From an uncultured bacterium (GTDB taxonomy: Bacteria; Fermentibacterota; Fermentibacteria; Fermentibacterales; JCC-6), in the NCBI GenBank assembly GCA_964541235.1, contig CAZIPI010000014.1:666-64665 (forward strand): 64,000 nucleotides of DNA, read 5' to 3'. Under the pieces are notes generated by a model. The model worked only from the letters and a program-made list of their open reading frames with translations. It ran no database searches and was not told the DNA's origin. Below are positions 7,701-16,896 of the stretch, in pieces. Both the position numbers and the translations under genes were made by a program. The stretch's first letter is position 1. The number at the start of each line of letters is the position of its first letter.

Positions 7701-8906
7701 CTAAAGATGAGCCGCGGGATGGAAGGCAAGCCCTCCCTGGATGGAGTTCCAGGTCTCGGTGTACTCCAGCTCGGATGCCTGACGGCGAAGAACGATCCAC
7801 CCGGTGAACCCGTTCTTCATCCTGTACTCCAGGCCTCCCCCGTAGCTTTCGCGCCTTCTTGTTCCGCCGGTTCCCGGGATGCTGCTGGGGCCCTCCCAGA
7901 TCCTGCCGCTCACAAGGACCGAGAGCCCCCGGTAAACGCCGACCCTGGTCTCGAGCTCACCGAAGCGGGTGCTTATGAAACTCTCGGTGCCCTGCCCGTA
8001 AAGGCTCACGCTGGAGGGATGGTCGCCCCATCCCGCGAAAGCGAGCCTGAGCCGGCCGCCGGCCTGGAATGCCGCCAGACGGGTCTGGTCCTGGTCGAAA
8101 TCGAGCGTCTGGCAAACCGTGAAGTTGAAGGTCAGGTTGCGGGCAAGGGTCTGCACCGCCCTTAGTCTGGCGGTGGCCCTGTCCGGAAGGGAAGACCCGT
8201 TGTGGTCGTCTCCGCTCATGACCGAAAAGGCAAGGTCGGCCATCACCTGGGTACGTGTGGGAAGCCTGCGCGGCGCCAGGGAAGCGGCAAGGTCGACCCG
8301 GCCGTAGGTCTCGTCGAAGCCTGTTCCTTCGATGCTGGTGTTGTGGCTCACTCCGCTGACACCGATGTCTATTCCCAGAGGAGTGTACCAGACCGCTCCG
8401 CCCCCTGCCCTGGTCTCGGCCCAGGAAAGGTCCTGTTGGTCCTGGTCTGAAACGCTCCTGTTCCAGAGGCGGCCGAAGGCATTGAGCCTCACGGTGCCCG
8501 GAACTCCCCACTGAACATGGAGCCCGGGTCTCAGGGTGTTGTCTCGGACGGCGACGCCTTCCGAGCGGGGCAGCACCACGGCAGCGCTGTCAATGTCCGC
8601 TGTGAAACGGAAGTCGGGCCGCACAGTGAACCCGCCCTGACTGTAGTTCAGGGATACGGTGGTCTCGGACCGGTGGGTGGAGAACCTTGGAAGCGCGGCG
8701 TCATCACCGGAGGCCTTCCTGTAGGTCTGTTCCAGCTGGAACCGCCACGGCCCCTGAAAGAGCCTTACCCCGGCGGAGGCGTCAAGATAGGCCCCGCCGC
8801 CGTAGTTCACGCTGTCGTCGTTCACGGCTATCCTGGCGTACTCCTCGATGCCGAGGCCCATGCAGCAGGCGAACGCCCAGAACAGGAGAAGCATCGCTGT
8901 CTTCAT
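7701..8906 (-). CDS. Outer-membrane beta-barrel protein (unknown family)
   Basis: Signal peptide MKTAMLLLFWAFACCMG (the track ORF extends to 8930). The body shows alternating amphipathic beta-strand character rich in G/Y/R/T. Its start overlaps the stop of the upstream ferredoxin (TGATG). Confidence 0.4.
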   Translation of the reverse strand: MKTAMLLLFWAFACCMGLGIEEYARIAVNDDSVNYGGGAYLDASAGVRLFQGPWRFQLEQTYRKASGDDAALPRFSTHRSETTVSLNYSQGGFTVRPDFRFTADIDSAAVVLPRSEGVAVRDNTLRPGLHVQWGVPGTVRLNAFGRLWNRSVSDQDQQDLSWAETRAGGGAVWYTPLGIDIGVSGVSHNTSIEGTGFDETYGRVDLAASLAPRRLPTRTQVMADLAFSVMSGDDHNGSSLPDRATARLRAVQTLARNLTFNFTVCQTLDFDQDQTRLAAFQAGGRLRLAFAGWGDHPSSVSLYGQGTESFISTRFGELETRVGVYRGLSVLVSGRIWEGPSSIPGTGGTRRRESYGGGLEYRMKNGFTGWIVLRRQASELEYTETWNSIQGGLAFHPAAHL

Positions 8907-9148
8907 CAGTACACCGCTCCCTTCGGGCATATCTCCACGCAGCGGTAGCAGAGGCGGCAGAGGCTTGGGTTGATCACGGCGTCGCCGTCAATCACCTCGA
9001 TGGCGTTGTAGGGGCAGACCTTCTCGCACTCGCCGCAGCCGATGCAGAGGTCGTTGTCCACCACCAGACCGGTGTTCTCGGTGGGGGGCGCGCAGGCGAA
9101 GAGAAGCATTGCGGCCGCCAGCAGAACCGTCTCAGTGAATCGCGTCAT
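8906..9148 (-). CDS. Secreted/lipoprotein 2x[4Fe-4S] ferredoxin-like protein
   Basis: MTRFTETVLLAAAMLLFAC signal/lipobox; CIGCGECEKVCP and CRLCYRCVEICP. Confidence 0.6.
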   Translation of the reverse strand: MTRFTETVLLAAAMLLFACAPPTENTGLVVDNDLCIGCGECEKVCPYNAIEVIDGDAVINPSLCRLCYRCVEICPKGAVY

Positions 9149-9362
9149 ATGTGCATACCCCCTGGCAGAGCCCGCAGCCGATGCACTTCTCGGGGTCGAT
9201 CCTGGACTTGCCGTTCTCGATCTCGATGGCGTTCACCGGGCACACCCTTGAGCAGTCTCCGCACCCCGAGCAGTTGTCGGGCTCGACCCAGTACCTCACG
9301 GAGCCAAGGGCCAGGGCCGCCGCAAGGCACATCAGAAGGAACATCCCCCCCCGGATGCGCAT
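9132..9362 (-). CDS. Secreted 2x[4Fe-4S] ferredoxin-like protein
   Basis: MRIRGGMFLLMCLAAALALG signal; CSGCGDCSRVCP and CIGCGLCQGVC. Confidence 0.6.
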   Translation of the reverse strand: MRIRGGMFLLMCLAAALALGSVRYWVEPDNCSGCGDCSRVCPVNAIEIENGKSRIDPEKCIGCGLCQGVCTYDAIH

Positions 9363-9781
9363 CAGTACACCTCGAATTCCCCGGTTATGTGTGTTTCCTC
9401 ATCCCCGTTCACACCGTAGATGGCCACATTGCCCGATCCCACCGTCACTATTGCGTCCATGGGGCAAGATGCAACGCACGCTCCGCAGAGAATGCACTTT
9501 TCCGGATCTATCCATGCCTTGTTGTCCTCGGTCATGCTTATGGCATCCACGGGGCATGAGCTTATGCAGATCCTGCAGCCGATGCACGCGCCGGGGTCAA
9601 CGATGTAGTCCTCGTTCAGCTCCACCGAGCAGTGCTCCAAGGAGAGTTCTGCAAGCACCCGTCCGAATGCGATCACCCTCAAACCCTCGAAGTCACCCTC
9701 CACCGGCTGCCATGAAATGGTGAATAGCCCCGCGGCGGCCACGGCGGCAAGTGCGGGAACGATCAGCAGGAGTTTCTTCAT
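9362..9781 (-). CDS. Secreted 2x[4Fe-4S] ferredoxin-like protein
   Basis: MKKLLLIVPALAAVAAAG signal; CIGCRICISSCP and CILCGACVASCP. Confidence 0.6.
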   Translation of the reverse strand: MKKLLLIVPALAAVAAAGLFTISWQPVEGDFEGLRVIAFGRVLAELSLEHCSVELNEDYIVDPGACIGCRICISSCPVDAISMTEDNKAWIDPEKCILCGACVASCPMDAIVTVGSGNVAIYGVNGDEETHITGEFEVY

Positions 9782-9805
9782 TGTCCATCCTTTCGGCTCA
9801 TGGCA

Positions 9806-10798
9806 CTAGCTGCCGGGAGGGGGAGGAGGAACGTCAGGAAGAACCCCCGAGGGCAGCACCAGCCTTCTCACGGCATTGTTATGGGGATAATACTCATCCG
9901 GATTGATAACGCTGTTGTAGTTCCAGCACTCCAGGAAGCACTGGCCGCAGTTCACGCACAGGTCGGGATTGATGTAGACCTGGAAAGACTTCCCGTAAAC
10001 ATTCTCAAGGTCCTGCCAGATGGCGTCGTAGGGGCAGAGAGGGCCGGTGTAGACACCCCCGCTGGTAAAATCGTTGAGGAGCGAGCAGCCCGATACGCAT
10101 GTACCGGTGGAATCAGGCGCCGAGGGGGGACAGCGGAGACAGCCGCCGAACTGGGGCACCTGCTTGATGAAGTGTACCATGTACATGGCCCTGGATGAGA
10201 CCTGTATGTCGTCGGACGCCTGGTTCTCGCCGAAGAACGCCCTCACCCCCACATAGTAGTCCCGGCCCAGCCGGCCCCCGTCTATGGCCTTCACGGGGCA
10301 GGCGTCAATGCACAGGCCGCAGCTTCCGCAGAGGTCCTGGTCGATCACCGCCACCCCGTTCTGTATGGTTATGGCCCCCACCGGGCAGGCCCTTTCACAA
10401 AGGCCGCAGCCGATGCAGGCCTCGGGGATGACCTGGGGTTGAAGGAACACCAGGGCCGACTCGGCGGGCGCGGGTATCTGGCCGGCGACGATGGCGCTGT
10501 TCCAGTTCTCGAGGGTTATGGGAGTGGTGGAGAGCCTTGCCTGATACCATACGGCGCCCGGAACCGGCGAGAACCGCACCGTGAACGCCTTCAGCTCCCC
10601 CCCGTCAACCCAGGGGAGCAGCGCCGCCAGCTCCGGTGACATTGCGGTGTAGCCCGAGTCAACAAGAAGCGCGCCGGACTGGAGCACGGTGGGAGAGGTA
10701 GGCCTGGGGGATTCGGTGAGGCAGGCGGCCAGTACCGCCAGCGCCGCGGCCAGGGCGACAAACGTTCCTTTGAGCATGGCAAGCCCTCCATTCCGCAA
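9806..10798 (-). CDS. Lipoprotein with two or more 4Fe-4S ferredoxin motifs plus extra Cys-rich C-terminal region
   Basis: LAVLAAC lipobox; CIGCGLCERACP and CGSCGLCIDACP; further CxxC/CxxxC motifs (CLRCPP, CVNCGQCFLEC). Confidence 0.55.
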   Translation of the reverse strand: MRNGGLAMLKGTFVALAAALAVLAACLTESPRPTSPTVLQSGALLVDSGYTAMSPELAALLPWVDGGELKAFTVRFSPVPGAVWYQARLSTTPITLENWNSAIVAGQIPAPAESALVFLQPQVIPEACIGCGLCERACPVGAITIQNGVAVIDQDLCGSCGLCIDACPVKAIDGGRLGRDYYVGVRAFFGENQASDDIQVSSRAMYMVHFIKQVPQFGGCLRCPPSAPDSTGTCVSGCSLLNDFTSGGVYTGPLCPYDAIWQDLENVYGKSFQVYINPDLCVNCGQCFLECWNYNSVINPDEYYPHNNAVRRLVLPSGVLPDVPPPPPGS

Positions 10799-10832
10799 AC
10801 CTGTATAGTACGATCCTTTTAATACTCATTCA

Positions 10833-11285
10833 GTGGTTCGTGTTCCATGGGGGAACTCGAACTGCCGTACTATCGCACCGTTTCCATTCGGAGGCAAGGT
10901 TTCTGGAAACTGCGTCTCCGCGGGGATGAAGGGAGTTGCCGTGATGATCGCTCTTGACCCCTGCATTACAAGGAAGAAGCTGTTCGACGGCGATGGGGAG
11001 GCCCTGATAGAGAGCCTCTTCGACCCGGGCGACTTCACCGCCAGGGTCAGGCTGTGCGCCCGCATCACGCTCCCCGCGGGAGCCTCAATCGGCTACCACG
11101 TTCACCGGGATGAGGATGAGATCTACTACATACTCTCGGGCTCCGGGCAGGTCTCGGACGGAGTTGGAACACATCCCGTCGGCCCCGGCAGCGCCATACT
11201 CACAAGGAGCGGAGAGGGGCACGGGCTGGCCAACAGCGGAGAAGGGGACCTCGTTCTTCTGGCAGTGATCCCGTTGCACGGCTGA
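10833..11285 (+). CDS. Cupin domain protein
   Basis: [17 protein letters not shown]...GEGH cupin metal-binding motifs. The start is uncertain (MKGVAVM or MIALD are possible). Confidence 0.5.
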   Translation: MVRVPWGNSNCRTIAPFPFGGKVSGNCVSAGMKGVAVMIALDPCITRKKLFDGDGEALIESLFDPGDFTARVRLCARITLPAGASIGYHVHRDEDEIYYILSGSGQVSDGVGTHPVGPGSAILTRSGEGHGLANSGEGDLVLLAVIPLHG

Positions 11286-11323
11286 GCAGTCCAGAGGCGT
11301 ATCCCGCATTCGAAGGCCCTGGA

Positions 11324-11346
11324 GGGGGAGGCTGCGAGCCTCCCCC
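11324..11346. terminator. Perfect 10-bp inverted repeat hairpin (gggggaggct-gcg-agcctccccc) between convergent genes
   Basis: Read directly. It lies between the cupin stop (11285) and the esterase stop (11356). There is no clear U-tract. Confidence 0.35.
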
Positions 11347-11355
11347 AATCTCAGG

Positions 11356-12675
11356 TCACTGGAGCACGAGCAGTTTGCCCGAGGCAAGCTCTCCGTCACA
11401 GACGATACCGTAGAAGTACACCCCGGAAGGCAGCCCTCCGGCGTCCATTCTCACGGTGTGGCTTCCGGACCCCAGGGTGCCCTCGTGCAGTGAGGAAACC
11501 CTTCTGCCTGTGCAGTCGTAGATGGCAAGTGTGACATCCGCCGGTACTGTGAGATCGAAGGTTATCCCGATCCCGCCAGTGGGTTCGACTCGACCGCTGT
11601 GACTTCCCAGCACCGCCGGCCGATCCAGAGGCAGGCGCTCACCTCCGTCGCATCCTCCCCATTTGTGGTGCATGGCTGAGCACAGGAAGTCAATGGCGAT
11701 GGGGAACCTCTCGGTAAGCTTGTCGAAGTGCCCCCCCACGAATACCTGATACTCGTAGTCTATTCCCATCACGTCCAGGGAACACGCGAAGGCGTTGGAG
11801 CTGGGAAGGATGTAGAACTGGTCCTGGGTGCCGGCATCGAAGTAGATCCTGCCGTCATGTCTCCAGGGAGGGCTCGCCAGGTTCTGAACAAGGTTGGGCA
11901 TGTTGTGCTGCATCCAGAGCGCCCAGACCTCGGGAACCAGCTGGGCATAAGGGTCCAGCGGCAGGTCCACGTAGAAGGGCGGGTTGGCCAGATTCGGCGA
12001 GAACGCCCCGGACATGCTGAAGAGGACCGCGTTGGCGAACCCGGCGCTGGGGGTGTAGAACCAGGGGGGGCCCTGCTGGCCCATGGCCTGCAGCTCTGCC
12101 AGCACTCCGTAAACGTTTATCGCGAGCATGCTGGGAAGATCGAGGCCGCTGGCGCATACCCCCGCCGCACAGCAGTAAAGGTCAGGATGCTGGCCGTAGT
12201 ACATCAGCGCCCCGTACCCGCCCATGGAATGGCCCATGAGGGCACGCTTCATCCTGCTGGGAATGGTTCTGAAGTTGGCGTCCGTCCATGCGATGAGGTC
12301 GGTGGACATGTAGCCTTCCAGATCGCCGTACAGGGCCGAGCTGGTGTAGAAGGAGGCCGGGTAGGGGGATGAGAACCCATCCGGTCTCACTACGATGACC
12401 GGTTTGATCTGGTGTGTCTCGATCATCTCGTCCAGTGCTGCCACCAGCGTGGGAAACTCGTTGTGGCCCAGAAGAATGCCGGCGCCGTGGAAGTAGTAGA
12501 TAACGGGGTACCTTCCCCCTCCCCGGGGCTGATAGCCCTCGGGAAGGTACACCTGCACGTTCTTCTCCTGACCCAGCGCCGGGCTGTAGAAGGAAGTGTT
12601 CAGCACGGTCCCCCCCGCGAACGCCTCCCATGGAAGTGCCAGAAGAAGAAGTGCCGCCATCATCAGCCTGTACAT
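11356..12675 (-). CDS. Secreted alpha/beta-hydrolase esterase (esterase D/enterochelin-esterase-like) with T9SS-type C-terminal sorting domain
   Basis: Signal peptide MYRLMMAALLLLALPWEAFA (the track ORF extends to 12828). GHSMGG nucleophile elbow. The C-terminus reads ...LAIYDCTGRRVSSL...GVYFYGIVCDGELASGKLLVLQ. Confidence 0.6.
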   Translation of the reverse strand: MYRLMMAALLLLALPWEAFAGGTVLNTSFYSPALGQEKNVQVYLPEGYQPRGGGRYPVIYYFHGAGILLGHNEFPTLVAALDEMIETHQIKPVIVVRPDGFSSPYPASFYTSSALYGDLEGYMSTDLIAWTDANFRTIPSRMKRALMGHSMGGYGALMYYGQHPDLYCCAAGVCASGLDLPSMLAINVYGVLAELQAMGQQGPPWFYTPSAGFANAVLFSMSGAFSPNLANPPFYVDLPLDPYAQLVPEVWALWMQHNMPNLVQNLASPPWRHDGRIYFDAGTQDQFYILPSSNAFACSLDVMGIDYEYQVFVGGHFDKLTERFPIAIDFLCSAMHHKWGGCDGGERLPLDRPAVLGSHSGRVEPTGGIGITFDLTVPADVTLAIYDCTGRRVSSLHEGTLGSGSHTVRMDAGGLPSGVYFYGIVCDGELASGKLLVLQ

Positions 12676-13093
12676 TTCTGTACACCCCTCTCCCGCATTG
12701 CCGCTACAACCGGTGTTTCCGGTGTTCCGGCAGAACCGGCACCAGAACGCCCGGAGGGTGAAGCGGGAGACAAGGGAGTTGGAGGAAACTCTCCAAGCCT
12801 GTTGCCGACACTGCCGACAGCAGCCCACGCGTGTGTATATATGCCGGTGTAAGTGTTGTCAATGGCATGGGAATATGAAATGTTAGTGCAATACTTCTTT
12901 ACATATACATTTGATAGTGAATAATAGTACCGTATTTATTGCTTGTATAAACATGGCTGTAACAATCTATATATCTATGCATATGATGCATAATATACTA
13001 TTGATGTTGCCGCTGATAATGCCGGGTACCCCCGCATACTCCACAGGCTTAACATTGATTTCAGCCAATGCGTGGTTATAGTAACCCCTCCGG

Positions 13094-13184
13094 CGGAGGG
13101 GTGCCGGAGCGGTTGAACGGGACGGTCTCGAAAACCGTTGACTCCTTTCGGGGTCCGTGGGTTCGAATCCCACCCCCTCCGCCA
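13094..13184 (+). tRNA. tRNA-Ser (anticodon CGA), long variable arm, CCA encoded
   Basis: Acceptor GGAGGGG/CCCCTCC; anticodon stem ACGGT/ACCGT with loop CUCGAAA; T-arm GTGGGTTCGAATCCCAC; 3' GCCA. Confidence 0.85.
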
Positions 13185-13196
13185 GTTGATACAGAG

Positions 13197-13230
13197 GCCG
13201 CCGGGAGGTTCCCCGGCGGCTTCTGGGTTC
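13197..13230 (+). terminator. Hairpin gccgccggg-aggttc-cccggcggc followed by a U-rich tract (UUCUGGGUUC) downstream of the tRNA
   Basis: Read directly; the U-tract is weak. Confidence 0.35.
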
Positions 13231-13545
13231 ATCAGTTCAAGATGACACACCCGTGTCCTATGCACATCAGTTTAACAACAACCGATCCGTGAAGACCCGG
13301 GAACTCTTCTGCTCCTCGAAGAGGGCAGATGTTTCACATCGAACTGCATTCGGCGGAACAATGCCCTTCCCGCCGGTGAGAGGGCTTCAGATCGTGATGC
13401 TTCTTCGGCACCTCCAGGGGTGTGTATCGTGAGGGTGCAGGCAAGCGTCCGTTATGGTATATGCCGTCATCCCGGGTTGGGAGCAGGGATATGGAAGAAT
13501 CCTGAAAAGGGCCGGGGAGGGCGATGCCCTCCCCGGAGCACTTCT

Positions 13546-15081
13546 CTACCGCGCAACCACCATGCGGGCGTTGCGCGAGCTTCCCCCGGAGGTTACCCTG
13601 ACGGTATAGACGCCTATGGGAAGGGAAGAGGCGTCCACCGAAACCTGGTTCTCGCCGGGGGTGAGGAGCAGTGTCTCCCTCCGGACGGACCTGCCGGCTA
13701 TGTCGAAGACATGAAGGACCGCCTGGGCCTGAGCCTGCGCCTGCACCCTCACTACCGCCGAGGCGGACACCGGGTTGGGGGAGACGCTGAGGGCCGCACC
13801 GCTGAACACCGGAGTGCTGGCTCCACCGGCTATGCCGGTGCCCACCGGGTTCGCAAGATAGGCCACGGTTGCGATGGATGCCTTGGCCATGTTGGTGCCG
13901 AAGGGGAAGTACTGGAGGTAGTTGGCCATGAGGTCGGAGGTCTGGTGGTAGTAGGGGTTGCTGAAGACCTGACGTTCGATGTTGAGCATGGCCGCATAAC
14001 CGTTGTACCAGAAGCTGGCGTGATCGCTGGCGCTGGAGGGGCTGGATGCCACCTGCTTCACAAGGGCGGGCACATATGTGTCGCTTATGGCCTGGAAGGC
14101 CACGCCCAGACCGGAGGAGGCGGTGTTGTAGTGAAGCCATGCGATGTCGTTCCCCGCCGGGCCGTAGAATATCATGTCAAGGTTCACCACGCCCATGATG
14201 CTGTCGCCTGCCGCCGATGCCTGTGAAGCGTAGTAGGCGCTTCCGTAGAGGCCCTGTTCCTCGCCTCCGAACAGCATGTACTTCACGGTGTACTCGAACT
14301 GGTACTGGCTCATAATCCTCGCGGCTTCGATAACGGCCGCGGAGCCGCTGCCGTTGTCGTCCGCGCCCGGAGCGTCGTAGTAGGGGTTGGGCGAGGTGCT
14401 GTCGAGGTGGCCGCATATCACCCAGTACCGGTTGGGGTAAAGGGTTCCGGTCTGGGTGGCTATGACGTTCTGGCAGGTGTAGCTGCTCATGGGGAAGGGC
14501 TGTATCACTGTTTCAAGGCCCATGGCGTTGAACCTGTCCTGGCTCCAGGCGCAGGCGGTGTCGAAACCGTCGGAGTTCGAATGCCTTGTAAGGTAGTTCT
14601 GGTAGTTGGTGGTGTAGGAGATCAGTGAATCCTGGTTCACCGCCTCCACTATGTCCGCCACCATTCCGTCGTAACCGCTTCTCATGGGGATGGGGATGGG
14701 GTCGGCCGGGGCCCTGGTCTCGCGCAGGGGCTGGACATGATGGATCCCGGGGCGAACGAAGGGGTCGGGCACCGGCCTGTGAAGCCTGACTATCACGGAG
14801 TGGCCGTCGCGGTAAACCGGCTCGCCTATGGCGGAAATGTCATCCAGCCCGCTTTCGTTCCTGATGGTGACCAGGGCGTAGTCGGAGATACCGGCTGCAC
14901 CCGTGTCAAGGAGCCTGGAACCGTCCGTGGCGGACCCGAGGGCCACCACGTGATCGCTGGCCCTGTAAACCACCACATACCCGGCATCGGCGGTCGCTGA
15001 GCCGTCGGGAATGATAAAAAGCCCTGCGGCCTGAGCATTTACAGCAATGAGAAGTGCCGTGAGAATACATGCAGTCTTCAT
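13546..15081 (-). CDS. Secreted M28-family Zn aminopeptidase with T9SS-type C-terminal sorting domain
   Basis: Signal peptide MKTACILTALLIAVNAQA. GHLDS...GADDNGSG M28 motifs. The C-terminus reads VLHVFDIAGRSVRRETLLL...GVYTVRVTS. Confidence 0.65.
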   Translation of the reverse strand: MKTACILTALLIAVNAQAAGLFIIPDGSATADAGYVVVYRASDHVVALGSATDGSRLLDTGAAGISDYALVTIRNESGLDDISAIGEPVYRDGHSVIVRLHRPVPDPFVRPGIHHVQPLRETRAPADPIPIPMRSGYDGMVADIVEAVNQDSLISYTTNYQNYLTRHSNSDGFDTACAWSQDRFNAMGLETVIQPFPMSSYTCQNVIATQTGTLYPNRYWVICGHLDSTSPNPYYDAPGADDNGSGSAAVIEAARIMSQYQFEYTVKYMLFGGEEQGLYGSAYYASQASAAGDSIMGVVNLDMIFYGPAGNDIAWLHYNTASSGLGVAFQAISDTYVPALVKQVASSPSSASDHASFWYNGYAAMLNIERQVFSNPYYHQTSDLMANYLQYFPFGTNMAKASIATVAYLANPVGTGIAGGASTPVFSGAALSVSPNPVSASAVVRVQAQAQAQAVLHVFDIAGRSVRRETLLLTPGENQVSVDASSLPIGVYTVRVTSGGSSRNARMVVAR

Positions 15082-15130
15082 GGGACACCTTCCGTATGTA
15101 TGGGAAACGCCTGTGTTTTACAAATATGCT

Positions 15131-15916
15131 CTACTCCCCGGGGACGGTACAGTTCCCTGCCAGGTGGTGGAGTATGATGGATGCCGACACCCCGGCGTTG
15201 AGGGAATCCACTCCATCGGCCATGGGAATGGACACCGATACCGAGATGCACTCCCTCACCGCGGGAGAGAGACCGTGTGCCTCCGAGCCCACCACGACGC
15301 AGACCGGGCCCCCGGGCCGGAACCCGCTCAGGGGCATTCCGCCAGTCTCGGCACCGGCGAAGGTGTACCCGGGATACCTGACAGCCAGCCCTTGAAGGGA
15401 GTCGGCGACGACGACCGGAAGACTGATGTTGGTCCCGGCGGCGGCCCTGGTGGTCTTCGGGCCGAACGGGTAGGCGCTTCCGGGGAGGAAGACCACCCCG
15501 GAGAACCGGAAAGCCGCCGCTGAGCGAACCGCCGTTCCGGCGTTGCCAGGATCGGAGACCCCGTCGAGAGCCAGAACGTGGCCTCCGTTGAATACTTGGT
15601 CATGGCCCCACTTCGGAAGGGGGAAGACGGCGGCGATCCCCTGGGGCGTCTTCGTGGAGGAGACTTTCGCGAACACACGGGGGTCCACTTCGAGGACCTC
15701 ACAGCCCCGGGCCCTGGCCTCGTCCGCGGCGGAAAGCGCCTCTCCGGTGGCGTTCAGGGATACAAGCACGAACAGCGGCTTCAGTTCCCCGGCACAGTCC
15801 AGGAACCTGGGGCCCTCAACCAGAAAGGCGCCGTGCTCCTCACAGCCCGAGGGCCTGTGAAGGGAGGCCGCCAGCTTGACCCTCCTGTTGCCGGGGCTTG
15901 TTACCGGTATCGTCAA
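15131..15916 (-). CDS. SpoU/TrmH-family RNA 2'-O-methyltransferase
   Basis: LDGVSDPGNAGTAVRSAAAF and SLNAGVSASIILHH motifs. Confidence 0.6.
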   Translation of the reverse strand: MTIPVTSPGNRRVKLAASLHRPSGCEEHGAFLVEGPRFLDCAGELKPLFVLVSLNATGEALSAADEARARGCEVLEVDPRVFAKVSSTKTPQGIAAVFPLPKWGHDQVFNGGHVLALDGVSDPGNAGTAVRSAAAFRFSGVVFLPGSAYPFGPKTTRAAAGTNISLPVVVADSLQGLAVRYPGYTFAGAETGGMPLSGFRPGGPVCVVVGSEAHGLSPAVRECISVSVSIPMADGVDSLNAGVSASIILHHLAGNCTVPGE

Positions 15917-16896
15917 TCCGCGCCTTCCGGCAGCCCGTGCTCGAGGATGGACCTGATGATGTCCTCGATGGGGGCGCAGGGCGAGAAGCCCAGAAGATGC
16001 CTGAGAAGGGAAACGTCGGGAACCCTGCGCTGCATGTCCTCGAAGTCTCCCGGGTAAGCCTCGTCGTAGGGAGTGAGTTCAATCGCCGACTGTGAGCCGG
16101 TGATCTCCAGCACCCTTCTCGCCAGCTCCAGGATGGTTATCTCCTGCACCGAGCCGATGTTTATCACCTTGCCCACCGCCTCGGGGGCATCCATGAGCGC
16201 GATGACGCACCGGGTGACCTCATGCACCGAGCTGAAGCACCTTGTCTGGGTTCCGTTGCCGAAAACGGTGAGCGGCCGTCCAGTGAGCGCCTGGTTGATG
16301 AAGCGGGGAAGCACCATGCCGTACCTGCCGGACTGTCTTGGTCCCACTGTGTTGAACAGCCTGCCCACCACCACGGGAAGCCCCCTTGCCTTGTGGTAGG
16401 CCAGGGCCAGGAACTCGTCCAGCGCCTTGCTGCACGCGTAGCTCCAGCGGCTCCGGCTTGTGGCGCCCAATACTATGTCGCCGTCCTCCCTGAAGGGGGT
16501 CTCCCAGCTCTTGCCGTAAACCTCGCTGGTGGATGCCACGAATACCTTCGTTCCCCGTTCAGCGGCGGCTGACAGCACATTCTCGGTGCCGCCTATGTTT
16601 ATCTCGATGGTCTCCACCGGACGCCGAATGATGTTCTCCACCCCCACCGCTGCGGCGAGGTGGATCACCGCCCCGGATCGCCCCGCAAGGTCGCGGACCG
16701 TATCAGGCTCCATCACGGACCCCGTTTCCAGCCGGAACAGCGGGTTGCCGGAGAGGTGGGCCACATTCTTCAGGCTTCCCGTGGAGAGGTCGTCGAGCAC
16801 CAGGACGCTGCGCCCCCCCTCCACGATGGCTGTGCACAGGTGCGACCCGATGAAGCCGGCGCCCCCGGTGACCAGGAAGTCGTGCCGGGCGTTCAC
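15913..16896 (-). CDS. NAD-dependent epimerase/dehydratase (SDR family, UDP-sugar epimerase-like)
   Basis: VTGGAGFIGSHL Rossmann motif and YACSK catalytic motif. Confidence 0.7.
   Translation of the reverse strand: MNARHDFLVTGGAGFIGSHLCTAIVEGGRSVLVLDDLSTGSLKNVAHLSGNPLFRLETGSVMEPDTVRDLAGRSGAVIHLAAAVGVENIIRRPVETIEINIGGTENVLSAAAERGTKVFVASTSEVYGKSWETPFREDGDIVLGATSRSRWSYACSKALDEFLALAYHKARGLPVVVGRLFNTVGPRQSGRYGMVLPRFINQALTGRPLTVFGNGTQTRCFSSVHEVTRCVIALMDAPEAVGKVINIGSVQEITILELARRVLEITGSQSAIELTPYDEAYPGDFEDMQRRVPDVSLLRHLLGFSPCAPIEDIIRSILEHGLPEGAD

Noticed and set aside
9151-9723. 190-aa plus-strand ORF across the ferredoxin cluster
   Set aside because: It is Arg/Pro/Ser-rich and antisense to three ferredoxin genes with strong Cys-motif support. 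I treat it as a shadow ORF.
12840-13300. tRNA-Ser plus the adjacent AT-rich island, considered as the edge of an integrated mobile element or prophage
   Set aside because: No integrase, transposase or phage-like genes follow the tRNA. The next gene is an M28 peptidase. No direct repeat of the tRNA 3' end was found within the window. I kept it as a regulatory-island finding rather than a mobile element.
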